A DNA stretch of 64,000 bases from Gammaproteobacteria bacterium (GTDB taxonomy: Bacteria > Pseudomonadota > Gammaproteobacteria > JABDBA01): NCBI GenBank assembly GCA_013288885.1, contig JABDBA010000001.1, forward strand, positions 147,840 through 211,839, given 5' to 3'. Numbering within the stretch: the stretch's first letter is position 1; every line of letters starts with the position of its first letter. The notes under the pieces are model-generated. The model worked only from the letters and a program-made list of their open reading frames with translations. It had not been told where the DNA came from and ran no database searches. Positions 17,983-27,172 of the stretch are shown in pieces. The position numbers and the translations under genes are program-made.

Positions 17983-18288
17983 TTATTTATAGGCAGAGTC
18001 ATGATTAGCGTGCAATGTTAATAATCTTAGATAATCACCCTGTCTTATTGCTAAGGCGCGGTATTTTTGTGAAAACCTAAAAGAATAAATACGGTCACCT
18101 GATTTAGTTTGTCTTGATAAAATGGCTTCCCATTTTAACCCACTATCAATATATAACACTGTCCACTCGGGTTGGGATACTTTCTTTAAGGTTCTAATAA
18201 GCGCCAATTGTTCGATTTTTTCCAGAGCAAAAAAGTCACGTTGGAATTCAGGGCTGTTCATGTCAATTTTGATCTTAGCCATTCCCAA
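17983..18288 (-). CDS. Putative RelE/ParE-superfamily toxin
   Basis: 101 aa. The C-terminal IYSFRFSQKYRALAIRQGDYLRLLTLHANHDSAY resembles the RelE/ParE core. It overlaps the upstream antitoxin gene by 14 bp. Confidence 0.5.
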   Translation of the reverse strand: MGMAKIKIDMNSPEFQRDFFALEKIEQLALIRTLKKVSQPEWTVLYIDSGLKWEAILSRQTKSGDRIYSFRFSQKYRALAIRQGDYLRLLTLHANHDSAYK

Positions 18289-18538
18289 TCTCTTTGGTCA
18301 GCTGATCAAAGTTATCAATGGGGTCGTTTTTATCAGCCCAATCTAACGCTCTTTCTAGTTTTGCCATATTATCGCCTTGATGGAGCCATTTTTCCGCGTC
18401 GGGTATAAATTCCCCTGATTTAATAACCCATGTGGTCTCGTTAATTTGGTCAATTAGAACCATTTTTCCTGAGTATTCTCTCCCCAGTGATACCTGGCCG
18501 TTAGTACCGACTATTTTTACTTGTTGATGGGCACCCAT
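18275..18538 (-). CDS. AbrB/MazE/SpoVT-type antitoxin-like protein
   Basis: 87 aa. The N-terminus QQVKIVGTNGQVSLGREYSGKMVLID has a looped-hinge-helix-like pattern. Confidence 0.55.
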   Translation of the reverse strand: MGAHQQVKIVGTNGQVSLGREYSGKMVLIDQINETTWVIKSGEFIPDAEKWLHQGDNMAKLERALDWADKNDPIDNFDQLTKEIGNG

Positions 18539-18767
18539 GACTATCCTCCTAATATATTAATGTATATTATTAGTATAGTAGTAAATTATTAATTTAGCAA
18601 ATTAGTAATAAACCAATTAAAAACCATTAATTCATTTATTATAAATACATAAAGTAATAATAGCAAGTTTGTTCGCTGGTCCACCCACATTTTTATTATT
18701 TTGGCTATACTGTAAAAACAATGTCAGGAAAATGTCAGGGATTAGATATTTAACAAGGAGGTGCGTC

Positions 18768-19694
18768 ATGTTTATCGATATACCAACGGATGGTAGTGGT
18801 ACTTCATATTCTCAAAGCGGGACAGCCCAATATCAAACAGATGATGTATTAGAACAAATCGAAAATCGTATTATTCGCGAAGAAATGCGTGCGCGTCATT
18901 ATAATTTGAGTCATGCGATTGATGTTACGATTCAAGATTTTAATTATTATCTACGCCAGCCAATAAATCACCCGCTGCAGGCACGCCGATTAGATCAAGA
19001 GATCGTCGTATTAAATGGTGGAGAGCCCATCACGAGTTTGTTAACGGGTGAAGATATTCGGTGCGAAAAAGATTTCGTCACGCAATATTTAACGCCTGAT
19101 CAGAAAAATGCTGTTTATACGCAAGTGGTATTATCTGCGATAAAAATCCCGCATATGCGTCAACTTTTAGATCAGAGTCATATTGATTTAAGTAAAGCCA
19201 CATTTGGGCTTGGCGGGTCAGTAGAGTTTTTCAATCATTGGCTAGAGCAATGGTTGCATGATCCTGAAAAACATCCGATATTACCCACCGATATTGAAAA
19301 AGCGATTTTCATTTTAAATAGCAGTTCTGATTATTTGGCCTCAGGTACGCTCGAATTATCAAAGAGTAATTTTGAACTCTATTTGAAGGAAAAAAATGAA
19401 ATGTACACGGAATTAGTGTTAACAAAAATTACAAACTCAATTATTCGTGCAGAAATCCAGCGCCGTGGTTATGATTTAAGTCATGCTACCGATGCACCGA
19501 ATGGCGGAACGATAAAAACATTTAATGATTTTATCCATGATCCTAATCATTATATAAACAATGCTTCCGCTTTAGATCACGCAATTTTAGCGTTGAATAA
19601 TCATCAGCCAACGTTGAATGCAAGTGATCCGGCCAGCGTTGATTTTCAAACGTTTGGTTTGACGCAGCACCAGATAGATATTTTGAAAGTTTAG
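18768..19694 (+). CDS. Hypothetical protein with two internal ~100-aa repeats
   Basis: ATG at 18768 follows AAGGAGG, so the track start at 18669 is less likely. The repeats are IIREEMRARHYNLSHAIDV... and IIRAEIQRRGYDLSHATDA.... Confidence 0.6.
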   Translation: MFIDIPTDGSGTSYSQSGTAQYQTDDVLEQIENRIIREEMRARHYNLSHAIDVTIQDFNYYLRQPINHPLQARRLDQEIVVLNGGEPITSLLTGEDIRCEKDFVTQYLTPDQKNAVYTQVVLSAIKIPHMRQLLDQSHIDLSKATFGLGGSVEFFNHWLEQWLHDPEKHPILPTDIEKAIFILNSSSDYLASGTLELSKSNFELYLKEKNEMYTELVLTKITNSIIRAEIQRRGYDLSHATDAPNGGTIKTFNDFIHDPNHYINNASALDHAILALNNHQPTLNASDPASVDFQTFGLTQHQIDILKV

Positions 19695-19754
19695 TTTTAA
19701 TACAACACCTGTTATAATATTTTGAGTCTAACAATTCAGCCAACAGGTGTTGAA

Positions 19755-20174
19755 ATGGTCATTGCAGTCAAAGCTTTATCGCTCGCCATGGCGAAAAAAA
19801 TGGCCGATAGTGCCGAACAAAAAGCTATTGAAAAAAACCTCAAAATCTCGATTGCCATTTTAGATGCGCACGGCAATTTAAAATATTACCGTCGCATGGA
19901 TGGCAATAATTTTATCAGTGTGCGTATGTCGCAACTCAAAGCGATGACTGCGGCCAGCATCCCGATTTCCACCAAAGCGCTGGCCGAAAGAAACAAAAGC
20001 ATGGATAACAGCCCATATTCCAGCGTGCCGGGCATCGTTCTGCTAGAAGGCGGCCTGCCGATTATCACTAAAGATGGCCAACATATCGGCGCGATTGGCA
20101 TTAGCGGCGCCACCCCTGAGCTAGACGGTATCTGCGCCCAAGCGGCATTGGATGCTATCGCCGCTGAGCTTTGA
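19755..20174 (+). CDS. GlcG/HbpS-like (DUF336) haem-binding family protein
   Basis: ISIAILDAHGNL...GGLPIITKDGQHIGAIGISGATPELDGICAQAAL. The ATG at 19755 is preferred over the TTG at 19722. Confidence 0.8.
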   Translation: MVIAVKALSLAMAKKMADSAEQKAIEKNLKISIAILDAHGNLKYYRRMDGNNFISVRMSQLKAMTAASIPISTKALAERNKSMDNSPYSSVPGIVLLEGGLPIITKDGQHIGAIGISGATPELDGICAQAALDAIAAEL

Positions 20175-20249
20175 TCAATTTAATCTTTGCAATCTATTAA
20201 ACATCCAGTTAAACTTTAACTATTAATTTTTAACCCGGATGAGGCCGCT

Positions 20250-21503
20250 ATGAAATTGCAACCCGCAAAAGCTGTGATAATGTTAAGGACCTTTATTGGA
20301 AAGATTGAGAGACTTCGAGCGAGCGCAGTAGCAAATGATGATATTCAGCAACTTATTAAAATCACATTACCCGCAGGGTTAAGTCCCGCAATTAAAAATA
20401 AATTTTTAGGTTTTTTAATCGAGAGTTTTGGCTGTGAAAAAACAGAAATTATCCTAAAAGAAGGTAGTAACGAGGTTCTAGTAAAATATACTAGCTTTGA
20501 TCGTTTAGATAGGAGTTTTCAATTAGATAAAGAAGCTTGGGATAGTTATCAACCACCTTTCGCCTCGTCGGCAGAAATCAAATCAGTCGGTTCTGATGAC
20601 AAAAAGGATGAAAAGGATAAAGATCAATCACAAACAACACAGTCAAGCGCGGCTGCTATAGGCGCACTCTTGAAAAAAAATAAAAAACCAAAAATTCCCA
20701 AGCCCGCACCGCAAGTGCACGTTGCTAAAACGCAGGTTTCATCAAATGATGAAGTGCTTTCAAATTGGTTTGGCACAGAATGCGGTACAATAAAAGAAAT
20801 TTTTAATGCGTTAAAAGAAGATTTAAAAAAAGCTGGTTTTGAAGAAGCCAAAAAAGAAAAAATAGAAGCAGCAGCACAACAAATAACAGACTTCATTGAA
20901 AAACTTGATCATAGGGCGCTAATTTATCAATTCAGAAAATATAACGTAGATTTAAATTTAATGCAGACAAAGGATGCAGAACTTAGTTTTCTCACCGAAG
21001 AAAAAATGTCTTCCCGTGCTCGCGCCCAAGAATCGTCTACCAAGCGCATGGCTAGTTATTATGTAGTGGTTTTGGCTGTATGTAATTTGTGTATTGAAAA
21101 ATCAATTTTCTCTAAGGTTATTTTCTCTATGCTAATTTCAGCCCTCGTTCTTATGGTAACAACACACCTCAAAGAAATACTAACTTATGATTGTAGAGAA
21201 CAAGCAGGGAAAGAAACCTGTTTAAATTTTCTCACCAACCAACTTTCTGATGCTGAGTATCGTTCAAAAAGCACACCGCTTAGCCTTCTCGTTGATGGTT
21301 TTAAAGCTTATAGATATGGACAAAAGGCGGCTGAAACGATTGTATATCAACATATGAAGCAGCCTTGTTTAGCGCGAGGTACCAACAGATTTCTTGCTTG
21401 GTACAATCCCAGCGCTTATGTCGATAATCAACTCGCTATACCTGCACCAACTACTGTTTTGGGGCAAGCAGAAAATACGGGCTTAAGTCCGAGATTAGTC
21501 TAA
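20250..21503 (+). CDS. Hypothetical protein with a K/E-rich region and a paired hydrophobic hairpin
   Basis: 417 aa. The hydrophobic stretch is YYVVVLAVCNLCI...VIFSMLISALVLMV. No recognisable family. Confidence 0.6.
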   Translation: MKLQPAKAVIMLRTFIGKIERLRASAVANDDIQQLIKITLPAGLSPAIKNKFLGFLIESFGCEKTEIILKEGSNEVLVKYTSFDRLDRSFQLDKEAWDSYQPPFASSAEIKSVGSDDKKDEKDKDQSQTTQSSAAAIGALLKKNKKPKIPKPAPQVHVAKTQVSSNDEVLSNWFGTECGTIKEIFNALKEDLKKAGFEEAKKEKIEAAAQQITDFIEKLDHRALIYQFRKYNVDLNLMQTKDAELSFLTEEKMSSRARAQESSTKRMASYYVVVLAVCNLCIEKSIFSKVIFSMLISALVLMVTTHLKEILTYDCREQAGKETCLNFLTNQLSDAEYRSKSTPLSLLVDGFKAYRYGQKAAETIVYQHMKQPCLARGTNRFLAWYNPSAYVDNQLAIPAPTTVLGQAENTGLSPRLV

Positions 21504-21515
21504 ATTAAAAATATT

Positions 21516-21537
21516 ATCCCGCTGCAAGTGGCGGGAT
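21516..21537. terminator. Hairpin between convergent genes (atcccgc-N8-gcgggat)
   Basis: Located between the 21503 stop and the 21552 stop. Confidence 0.5.
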
Positions 21538-21551
21538 CTATATTTCCACAG

Positions 21552-22568
21552 TTACCGCCACACTTGTTTAATCACGCGTAAATAATTTTCACCTAAGATG
21601 CCTTTGATATCGGCATCTGAATAACCGCGTTGCAGCAATAATTCAACAATTTCAATAATTTGCTCGGGTTGTATATTGTTCCACTCGGTAATCGGCCGGA
21701 ATGCTTTGGTATAATGATTGCTATAGAAAATAGCATTGTTCTTCATGAATTCGTCAAAAATTTCCGGAAAATAAATCAAGTCAGTTCCCAACGAAATATG
21801 TTTAACACCGATTAATTGTGCGATGTAATCAATATGCCGAATATAATTTTGTAGGCTGTTATTATCATCTCCCAAAATTCCACTTAAGCCATTAATACCA
21901 ATGACACCGCCGCTGGCAGCAACCGCTTTTAATTGATCATCTTTTAAATTGCGCGGATGAGCGTATACGTTATAAGCATTGGAATGAGAAAATATTACCG
22001 GCTGTTCTGAAAGCTCCATAGCCTCCATACCGGTTTTATAGCCAGTGTGAGAAAGATCAACCAACATGCCGGTCTGATTCATTTTTTTAATCAGATTTTT
22101 TCCAAGATTGCTTAAACCTGCATCGTGCGCTTCGCTGACACCGTCACCCATGGGATTACGAATGTTATAAGCCAATATCATACTACGCACGCCCAGTTGA
22201 TAATAAAGATCAATCATATTGAAATCTTTGTGTAGAGGGTTGGTGCCTTGAAACATAAAACCCACAGCTAACTTATTTTCAGCTTTAGCGCGTAAAATAT
22301 CTTCCGGTTTTTTGACCAGCAGATATTTATCCGGCGCCGAATTAATGTGCGCTGTTTGCGCGGCGATATATTGCACCGTTTTTTCCAAACTAGTGGCATC
22401 GGTAGCTACTGCCAGTGAAACGTAGTTAAATCCGGCTTTGCTGTATCTGTCTAAGACATCCCATTTATAGGAAACTTCAATTTCCGGTTCGAAACCCATC
22501 ATCAAATCGCATAGCAATGCTTGTTGATAAAGGTTTAATGCTTTTTCTGAAATGTTGATTGTGTTCAT
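21552..22568 (-). CDS. Membrane dipeptidase family (peptidase M19)
   Basis: 338 aa. VGFMFQGTNPL, VDLSHTG and IFSHSNAY blocks are typical of M19. Confidence 0.8.
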   Translation of the reverse strand: MNTINISEKALNLYQQALLCDLMMGFEPEIEVSYKWDVLDRYSKAGFNYVSLAVATDATSLEKTVQYIAAQTAHINSAPDKYLLVKKPEDILRAKAENKLAVGFMFQGTNPLHKDFNMIDLYYQLGVRSMILAYNIRNPMGDGVSEAHDAGLSNLGKNLIKKMNQTGMLVDLSHTGYKTGMEAMELSEQPVIFSHSNAYNVYAHPRNLKDDQLKAVAASGGVIGINGLSGILGDDNNSLQNYIRHIDYIAQLIGVKHISLGTDLIYFPEIFDEFMKNNAIFYSNHYTKAFRPITEWNNIQPEQIIEIVELLLQRGYSDADIKGILGENYLRVIKQVWR

Positions 22569-22690
22569 AAGATCACCTCGTAGATTTAAGTTTTAGTTGC
22601 AACCAGTATAGAATTAGGCTATAAATTAGGGAAATTGTTTATTTAAATAATTATCATCATTATTATTGATTTATGAAAGAGGTGTTTGTT

Positions 22691-22794
22691 TGTGTTATCC
22701 CGCCCCGTTGAGCTTCATTCATAGGGGCGGAATAAACATAAATCTTGTGTTATCCCGCCCCGTTGGGTATCATTCATAGGGGCGGGATAACACA
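22691..22794. repeat. Two tandem 55-bp units, each a 16-bp-arm inverted repeat (tgtgttatcccgcccc-N17-ggggcgggataacaca)
   Basis: The second unit (22746-22794) is a perfect palindrome ending 12 nt before the ATG of 22807. The first unit is imperfect. Confidence 0.85.
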
Positions 22795-22806
22795 AAGGGG
22801 GTATAT

Positions 22807-24282
22807 ATGCCACATGTAGTAGGCCGTGAGGCTGAACAAAAAATTTTAGAGTCAATTTTTCAATCTACGCAACCTGAGTTTGTTGCTTTGCACGGGAGAC
22901 GTCGGGTTGGCAAAACTTTTTTGATACGCAATCATTTCGCCAATAAAAAAGGTACGGTTTTTTTCTATGTGACTGGGATGAAAAAAGGAAAACTAGTTGA
23001 GCAAATAAGCAATTTTACTGAAGAAATAGGTGAAACTTTCTTATATCCTGGCGCGCGCTTAGAAGTTAAAAAAAATTGGCGCGATACATTTAGAACACTT
23101 ACCGAAAATATCAATGCTAGCCCCAAGAACAAAAAAATTGTTATATTCTTCGATGAATTTCCTTGGATGGTGACCAAAAATTCAAGATTGTTACAGACAT
23201 TAGAATATTATTGGAACCATCATTGGTCTAGAGATCCCCGCATTAAATTAATCATCTGCGGTTCAGCTTCTGGCTGGATCTTAAAAAATATTGTGAATAA
23301 TAAAGGTGGTCTTTATAATCGAGTGACACGAACGATACATTTAGAGCCGTATAATTTAGATCAAACCAAGAGATATCTAAATAGTTTAAAAATAAGATTA
23401 AATCATCGACAGATTACTCACTTATATATGGTTTTAGGTGGAATACCTTTCTATTTATCACAAGCCGAACCCGGTTTATCTGCAAAACAAATAATAGAAA
23501 AATTAGCTTTTAAAAAAGGGAGTTTTTTACTAAAAGAATTTAATAATTTGTATGCGACCTTATTTGATGCTGCTGATGAGCATATTGCGCTTGCCAGAAT
23601 TATTGCAAGTCACCGCTATGGGATAGGGCAGGAAGAATTAATAAGCAACGTTAAAAAACAATCCAGTGGAGGGCGTATTACAACTTGGTTGGAAGATTTA
23701 GAACAAACAGATTTTATCGTTCGCTTTAAACCATATCAACATGACAAAAAAGGTCTTTATTATAAAATTATCGATGAATATAGTCTGTTTTATTTTAATT
23801 GGATTGAATCACTTAAAGGCTCGCTATTAGAAAGTGGAATGCTCAAAGGGCATTGGGACAAAATACAAAATTCATCAGCATGGCATAGTTGGTCGGGATA
23901 CGCCTTTGAGGCGATATGTTACAAGCATATTCAGCAAATTAGCCAAGCGCTCAACATAAGTGCAGCAGCAGTGCCATATACCTGGCGGTATGTGCCAAGA
24001 AAGGCTTCTAAAGATCAAGGTGCGCAGATAGATTTATTATTTGACAGAGACGATGACACCATCACTATTTGTGAAATTAAGTATACTGAGCAGCCGTTTG
24101 CAATTGATAAACAATATGCGCAGAAATTAAAGCAAAAAATCGAGACATTTAAGAAAATAACGCGGACAAATAAACAAATTCGGCTCGCTATTATTTCAGC
24201 AAATGGTCTTAAAGAAACGATGTATTCGGAAGAAATGGTAGATGGTGGTCTAGTAACACTGGATGATTTTTTCACGCATTAA
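22807..24282 (+). CDS. P-loop ATPase (archaeal-ATPase/PF01637-like) with a DUF234-type C-terminus
   Basis: 491 aa. GREAEQKILE...ALHGRRRVGKTFLI, Walker B IVIFFDEF. Confidence 0.75.
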   Translation: MPHVVGREAEQKILESIFQSTQPEFVALHGRRRVGKTFLIRNHFANKKGTVFFYVTGMKKGKLVEQISNFTEEIGETFLYPGARLEVKKNWRDTFRTLTENINASPKNKKIVIFFDEFPWMVTKNSRLLQTLEYYWNHHWSRDPRIKLIICGSASGWILKNIVNNKGGLYNRVTRTIHLEPYNLDQTKRYLNSLKIRLNHRQITHLYMVLGGIPFYLSQAEPGLSAKQIIEKLAFKKGSFLLKEFNNLYATLFDAADEHIALARIIASHRYGIGQEELISNVKKQSSGGRITTWLEDLEQTDFIVRFKPYQHDKKGLYYKIIDEYSLFYFNWIESLKGSLLESGMLKGHWDKIQNSSAWHSWSGYAFEAICYKHIQQISQALNISAAAVPYTWRYVPRKASKDQGAQIDLLFDRDDDTITICEIKYTEQPFAIDKQYAQKLKQKIETFKKITRTNKQIRLAIISANGLKETMYSEEMVDGGLVTLDDFFTH

Positions 24283-24294
24283 TAAAGTAAAATC

Positions 24295-25212
24295 ATGAAA
24301 ACCGACCTATCAAGAATAAACCTCAATCTATTAGTAGCCTTCGATGCGTTGCTGAAAGAAAAACATGTGACGCGCGCTGGGCAGCGTTTGCATATCACGC
24401 AATCGGCGATGAGTAATATTTTGAAGCAATTAAGAGATACGTTTAAAGACCAACTTTTTATTCGCGGGCAGGCCAGCCGGATGATCCCTACCCCACGTGC
24501 GTTGGAGTTAACCGAATCAGTGACTGAGGTATTAGAAAAAGCGTCAAACATTTTTTTTAAACCAGAAATATTTAACGCGGCTGAAGCGGCGGAAACATTT
24601 ACGCTGGGTCTGTCCGATTATGCGGAATTTATTATTTTGCCGCCGCTGATTCAATATATAACAAAACATGCGCCGGGCATTGATATCGTGGTTAAACACT
24701 TGAATTATATCAACGATGAAAAAGCATTTGAAAACAGTGAAATTGATGCAGCAATCGGGCTTTATCCTAAAATACCCGAACGTTTAATCGCCGAGACGCT
24801 TTTTACTGAGCAAGCGGTTTCATTGGGCTGGAAAAAAAATCCGCTCTTGCAACAACCAATGACGCTACAACAATTTGCTAAAGCAGAACAAATTGTCATT
24901 TTATATTATGAATCCAGCGAACAAACCATTGCTGATCAATCAGTTAAGAAAATAGGCTTAAAACGTCGCGCTGTTGCCACAGTGCCACATACCATTGCAG
25001 CCATTTACAGCTTGCCGAATACGCATCTTATTTGCAATGTGTTGGAGCGCGTGGCAAAAAAATTTACTAAACATTTACCGTTGGCAATGCAACCGATCCC
25101 TTTCCCCTACTTGCCAATGAAAGTTGATATGGTGTGGCACCCGAAAAACCGTAACGCCGCAGTTCATCAATGGCTGCGCGAAACAATTAGAGCACTTGCG
25201 AAAAAAGTTTAA
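24295..25212 (+). CDS. LysR-family transcriptional regulator
   Basis: 305 aa. The N-terminal HTH is LNLLVAFDALLKEKHVTRAGQRLHITQSAMSNILKQLR. Confidence 0.9.
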   Translation: MKTDLSRINLNLLVAFDALLKEKHVTRAGQRLHITQSAMSNILKQLRDTFKDQLFIRGQASRMIPTPRALELTESVTEVLEKASNIFFKPEIFNAAEAAETFTLGLSDYAEFIILPPLIQYITKHAPGIDIVVKHLNYINDEKAFENSEIDAAIGLYPKIPERLIAETLFTEQAVSLGWKKNPLLQQPMTLQQFAKAEQIVILYYESSEQTIADQSVKKIGLKRRAVATVPHTIAAIYSLPNTHLICNVLERVAKKFTKHLPLAMQPIPFPYLPMKVDMVWHPKNRNAAVHQWLRETIRALAKKV

Positions 25213-26084
25213 TCCTTAAAGCGTTTTTCATAGCGATGACAATACGGCGCTTTACTGTGTTTAGTGTAATAGTCTTGATGATATTCTTCCGCATGCCAAA
25301 AAATACCAACTGGCAAAATGCGCGTAGCAATTTGCAAACCTTGTTTTTCTAAGATGCCAATTAATTTTTCCGCGATTTTCTTTTGTGCAGCGTCGTAATA
25401 AAACAACACACTGAGATATTGCTGGCCGATATCAGGTCCTTGACCGTCGCGTTGCAGTGGATTATGAATTTCAAAAAAGTATTTCGCTACAGCTTCAAAA
25501 TTAATTTTTTTAATATCGTAAATCACGCGGATGACTTCATAGTGGCCAGTTTTACCAGTGCAAACTTCTTCATAAGTGGGGTTATTTTTAGTACCGCCGG
25601 AATAACCGACTTGTGCTAATAACACACCCGGTAATTTTTTAAAATAATATTCTACGCCCCAAAAACAACCGGCGGCGAAAATGGCTTCTTCAGTGTCTTC
25701 CACATTTAAATCCGTCACAAAATCTAAGCTCATCGAATTCACACAGTGGCGTGTGTTCAATGCGGTGTGTTGTTCGCCGTGAAAAACATGGCCTAAATGC
25801 GCATCGCAACGCGCACATAAAATTTCGGTGCGGCGACCATCGGCATCGGCTAGGCGTTTTACTTTGCCGGGGATTTCTGCATCAAAACTTGGCCAACCAC
25901 AACCGGAATGAAATTTCGATTGCGCGCGAAACAATGCTAAACCACATTGCCTACACAAATAAGTGCCCGGTCGATCTTCATCATTCAGCTCGCCGGTAAA
26001 AGGGCGTTCAGTGCCTTTATCGCGAATGACGTGCAATAAATCTGGCGGCAAACTGGCTGTTTTTAGGGTTTTATTGGTGGGCAT
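25209..26084 (-). CDS. Bifunctional methionine sulfoxide reductase MsrB-MsrA fusion
   Basis: 291 aa. MsrB part: CRQCGLALF..HSGCGWPSF, CARCDAHLGHVF. MsrA part: GCFWGVEYYF. Confidence 0.9.
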   Translation of the reverse strand: MPTNKTLKTASLPPDLLHVIRDKGTERPFTGELNDEDRPGTYLCRQCGLALFRAQSKFHSGCGWPSFDAEIPGKVKRLADADGRRTEILCARCDAHLGHVFHGEQHTALNTRHCVNSMSLDFVTDLNVEDTEEAIFAAGCFWGVEYYFKKLPGVLLAQVGYSGGTKNNPTYEEVCTGKTGHYEVIRVIYDIKKINFEAVAKYFFEIHNPLQRDGQGPDIGQQYLSVLFYYDAAQKKIAEKLIGILEKQGLQIATRILPVGIFWHAEEYHQDYYTKHSKAPYCHRYEKRFKD

Positions 26085-26280
26085 TGTTATCTCCAGCTTC
26101 GTTATATTTAGGCAATTTTAATTCTTTTGCTGTACCCCAACTATTGAGCCAAGCAGTAACTTTTTCATACTCAATGAATTTAGTTTTCTTATTTTTAGCT
26201 TTTTTAACAGCTTTTCGTATGTTTTTAACTTGCCACGTGTGCAACTTTATTTGTTTAATTAATTTTAAGATATTTGCCAT
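26071..26280 (-). CDS. Small hypothetical protein (69 aa); weak call
   Basis: The ORF overlaps the msrBA start by 14 bp. The C-terminal ..VTAWLNSWGT..E..LP resembles tails of some RHH antitoxins, but no RHH is visible. Confidence 0.3.
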   Translation of the reverse strand: MANILKLIKQIKLHTWQVKNIRKAVKKAKNKKTKFIEYEKVTAWLNSWGTAKELKLPKYNEAGDNNAHQ

Positions 26281-26425
26281 GCATAGCTTCCTGTAGAATA
26301 TATTTTAGTATAGCAGTTGTGAGTATCAGCACAAATAGAAGTTAAATTCCTATTATGCACGAAATAAATTAAACATAAATTATTAAAGGGGCTGGACATA
26401 CTTCTTTTTATAAAATATAATTGCC

Positions 26426-26890
26426 TTGAAGTTACAAAAACTCTTATTTTATTCTCATGCATGGCATCTTGCTATCTATAATAAACCACTTTTTGATCCG
26501 GCTTTTGAGGCGTGGTCTTGGGGGCCTGTTGTAAAGGACGTATATTTTCAGACAAGAAAATTTGGAACTCAGCCAGTCACAGGGCTTATTAGTGAGGTGC
26601 AAAAAACTGACTTTGATTTAGCTCCATCAGATTTTAATTTTGTGGCTCCCGAAGGAGTACAGGGAGATGAATTAAAGGCATTCATTAAAAACGTATGGGA
26701 TGTTCACAAAGAATATAGTGGCATACAACTTTCTAATTCAACTCATGCACCCGGTGAGCCTTGGACTATTGTTAAAGATCATTATGGAAATCTTGAACAT
26801 AAACCTATCATCCCTAATGAATTAATAGCTGCTGTTTTTAAAAAGAAATTAGAAAATGCCAACCCAAGCTCACATAGAAAAACCTGCTAA
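26426..26890 (+). CDS. Panacea (DUF4065, SocA/PanA-like) antitoxin-domain protein, possibly 5'-truncated
   Basis: KLQKLLFYSHAWHLAIYNKPLF...AWSWGPVVKDVY is the Panacea core. The ORF opens only 5 codons upstream (stop at 26411) and has only a TTG start. Confidence 0.7.
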   Translation: MKLQKLLFYSHAWHLAIYNKPLFDPAFEAWSWGPVVKDVYFQTRKFGTQPVTGLISEVQKTDFDLAPSDFNFVAPEGVQGDELKAFIKNVWDVHKEYSGIQLSNSTHAPGEPWTIVKDHYGNLEHKPIIPNELIAAVFKKKLENANPSSHRKTC

Positions 26891-26991
26891 TTTATCTCCA
26901 CAGCCAGATGAGGCCACTCAAAAAGGCCTGCCAGATTATACGGGTGACGGTTCTGCAAGTGAAAGAGTTCTTCGTATTAATCTATTTTTCT

Positions 26992-27024
26992 TTAATGCTG
27001 CTGATTATCCCGATTTCAACACCC
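26992..27024 (+). repeat. 33-bp direct repeat, left copy (ttaatgCtgctgattatcccgatttcaacaccc)
   Basis: 32/33 identical to 28324..28356. Confidence 0.9.
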
Positions 27025-27087
27025 CTTCGAAACGCCAATCCGCTCTGTCGCTGGCGCTCCTTGAGCTGACCTATCGACACTTTTAGA

Positions 27088-27154
27088 TCGAATTAGATTG
27101 ATAAAGTCTAATTAGATTTTGAAAATCTAATTAGATTGTGTTAATCTAATTAGA
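27088..27154. promoter_or_regulatory. Array of four TCTAATTAGA palindromes (operator-like) upstream of 27173
   Basis: tcGaattaga at 27088, and tctaattaga at 27108, 27126 and 27145, with 18-20 bp spacing. The last ends 19 nt before the ATG. Confidence 0.7.
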
Positions 27155-27172
27155 TCTAAAAGGGGGCTCCTC

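Noticed and set aside
26856-27086. 76-aa ORF downstream of the Panacea gene considered as its cognate toxin
   Set aside because: It is low-complexity, has no recognisable toxin motif, and half of it is encoded by the 33-bp cassette repeat and flanking non-coding DNA. It is kept only as a note in the Panacea finding.
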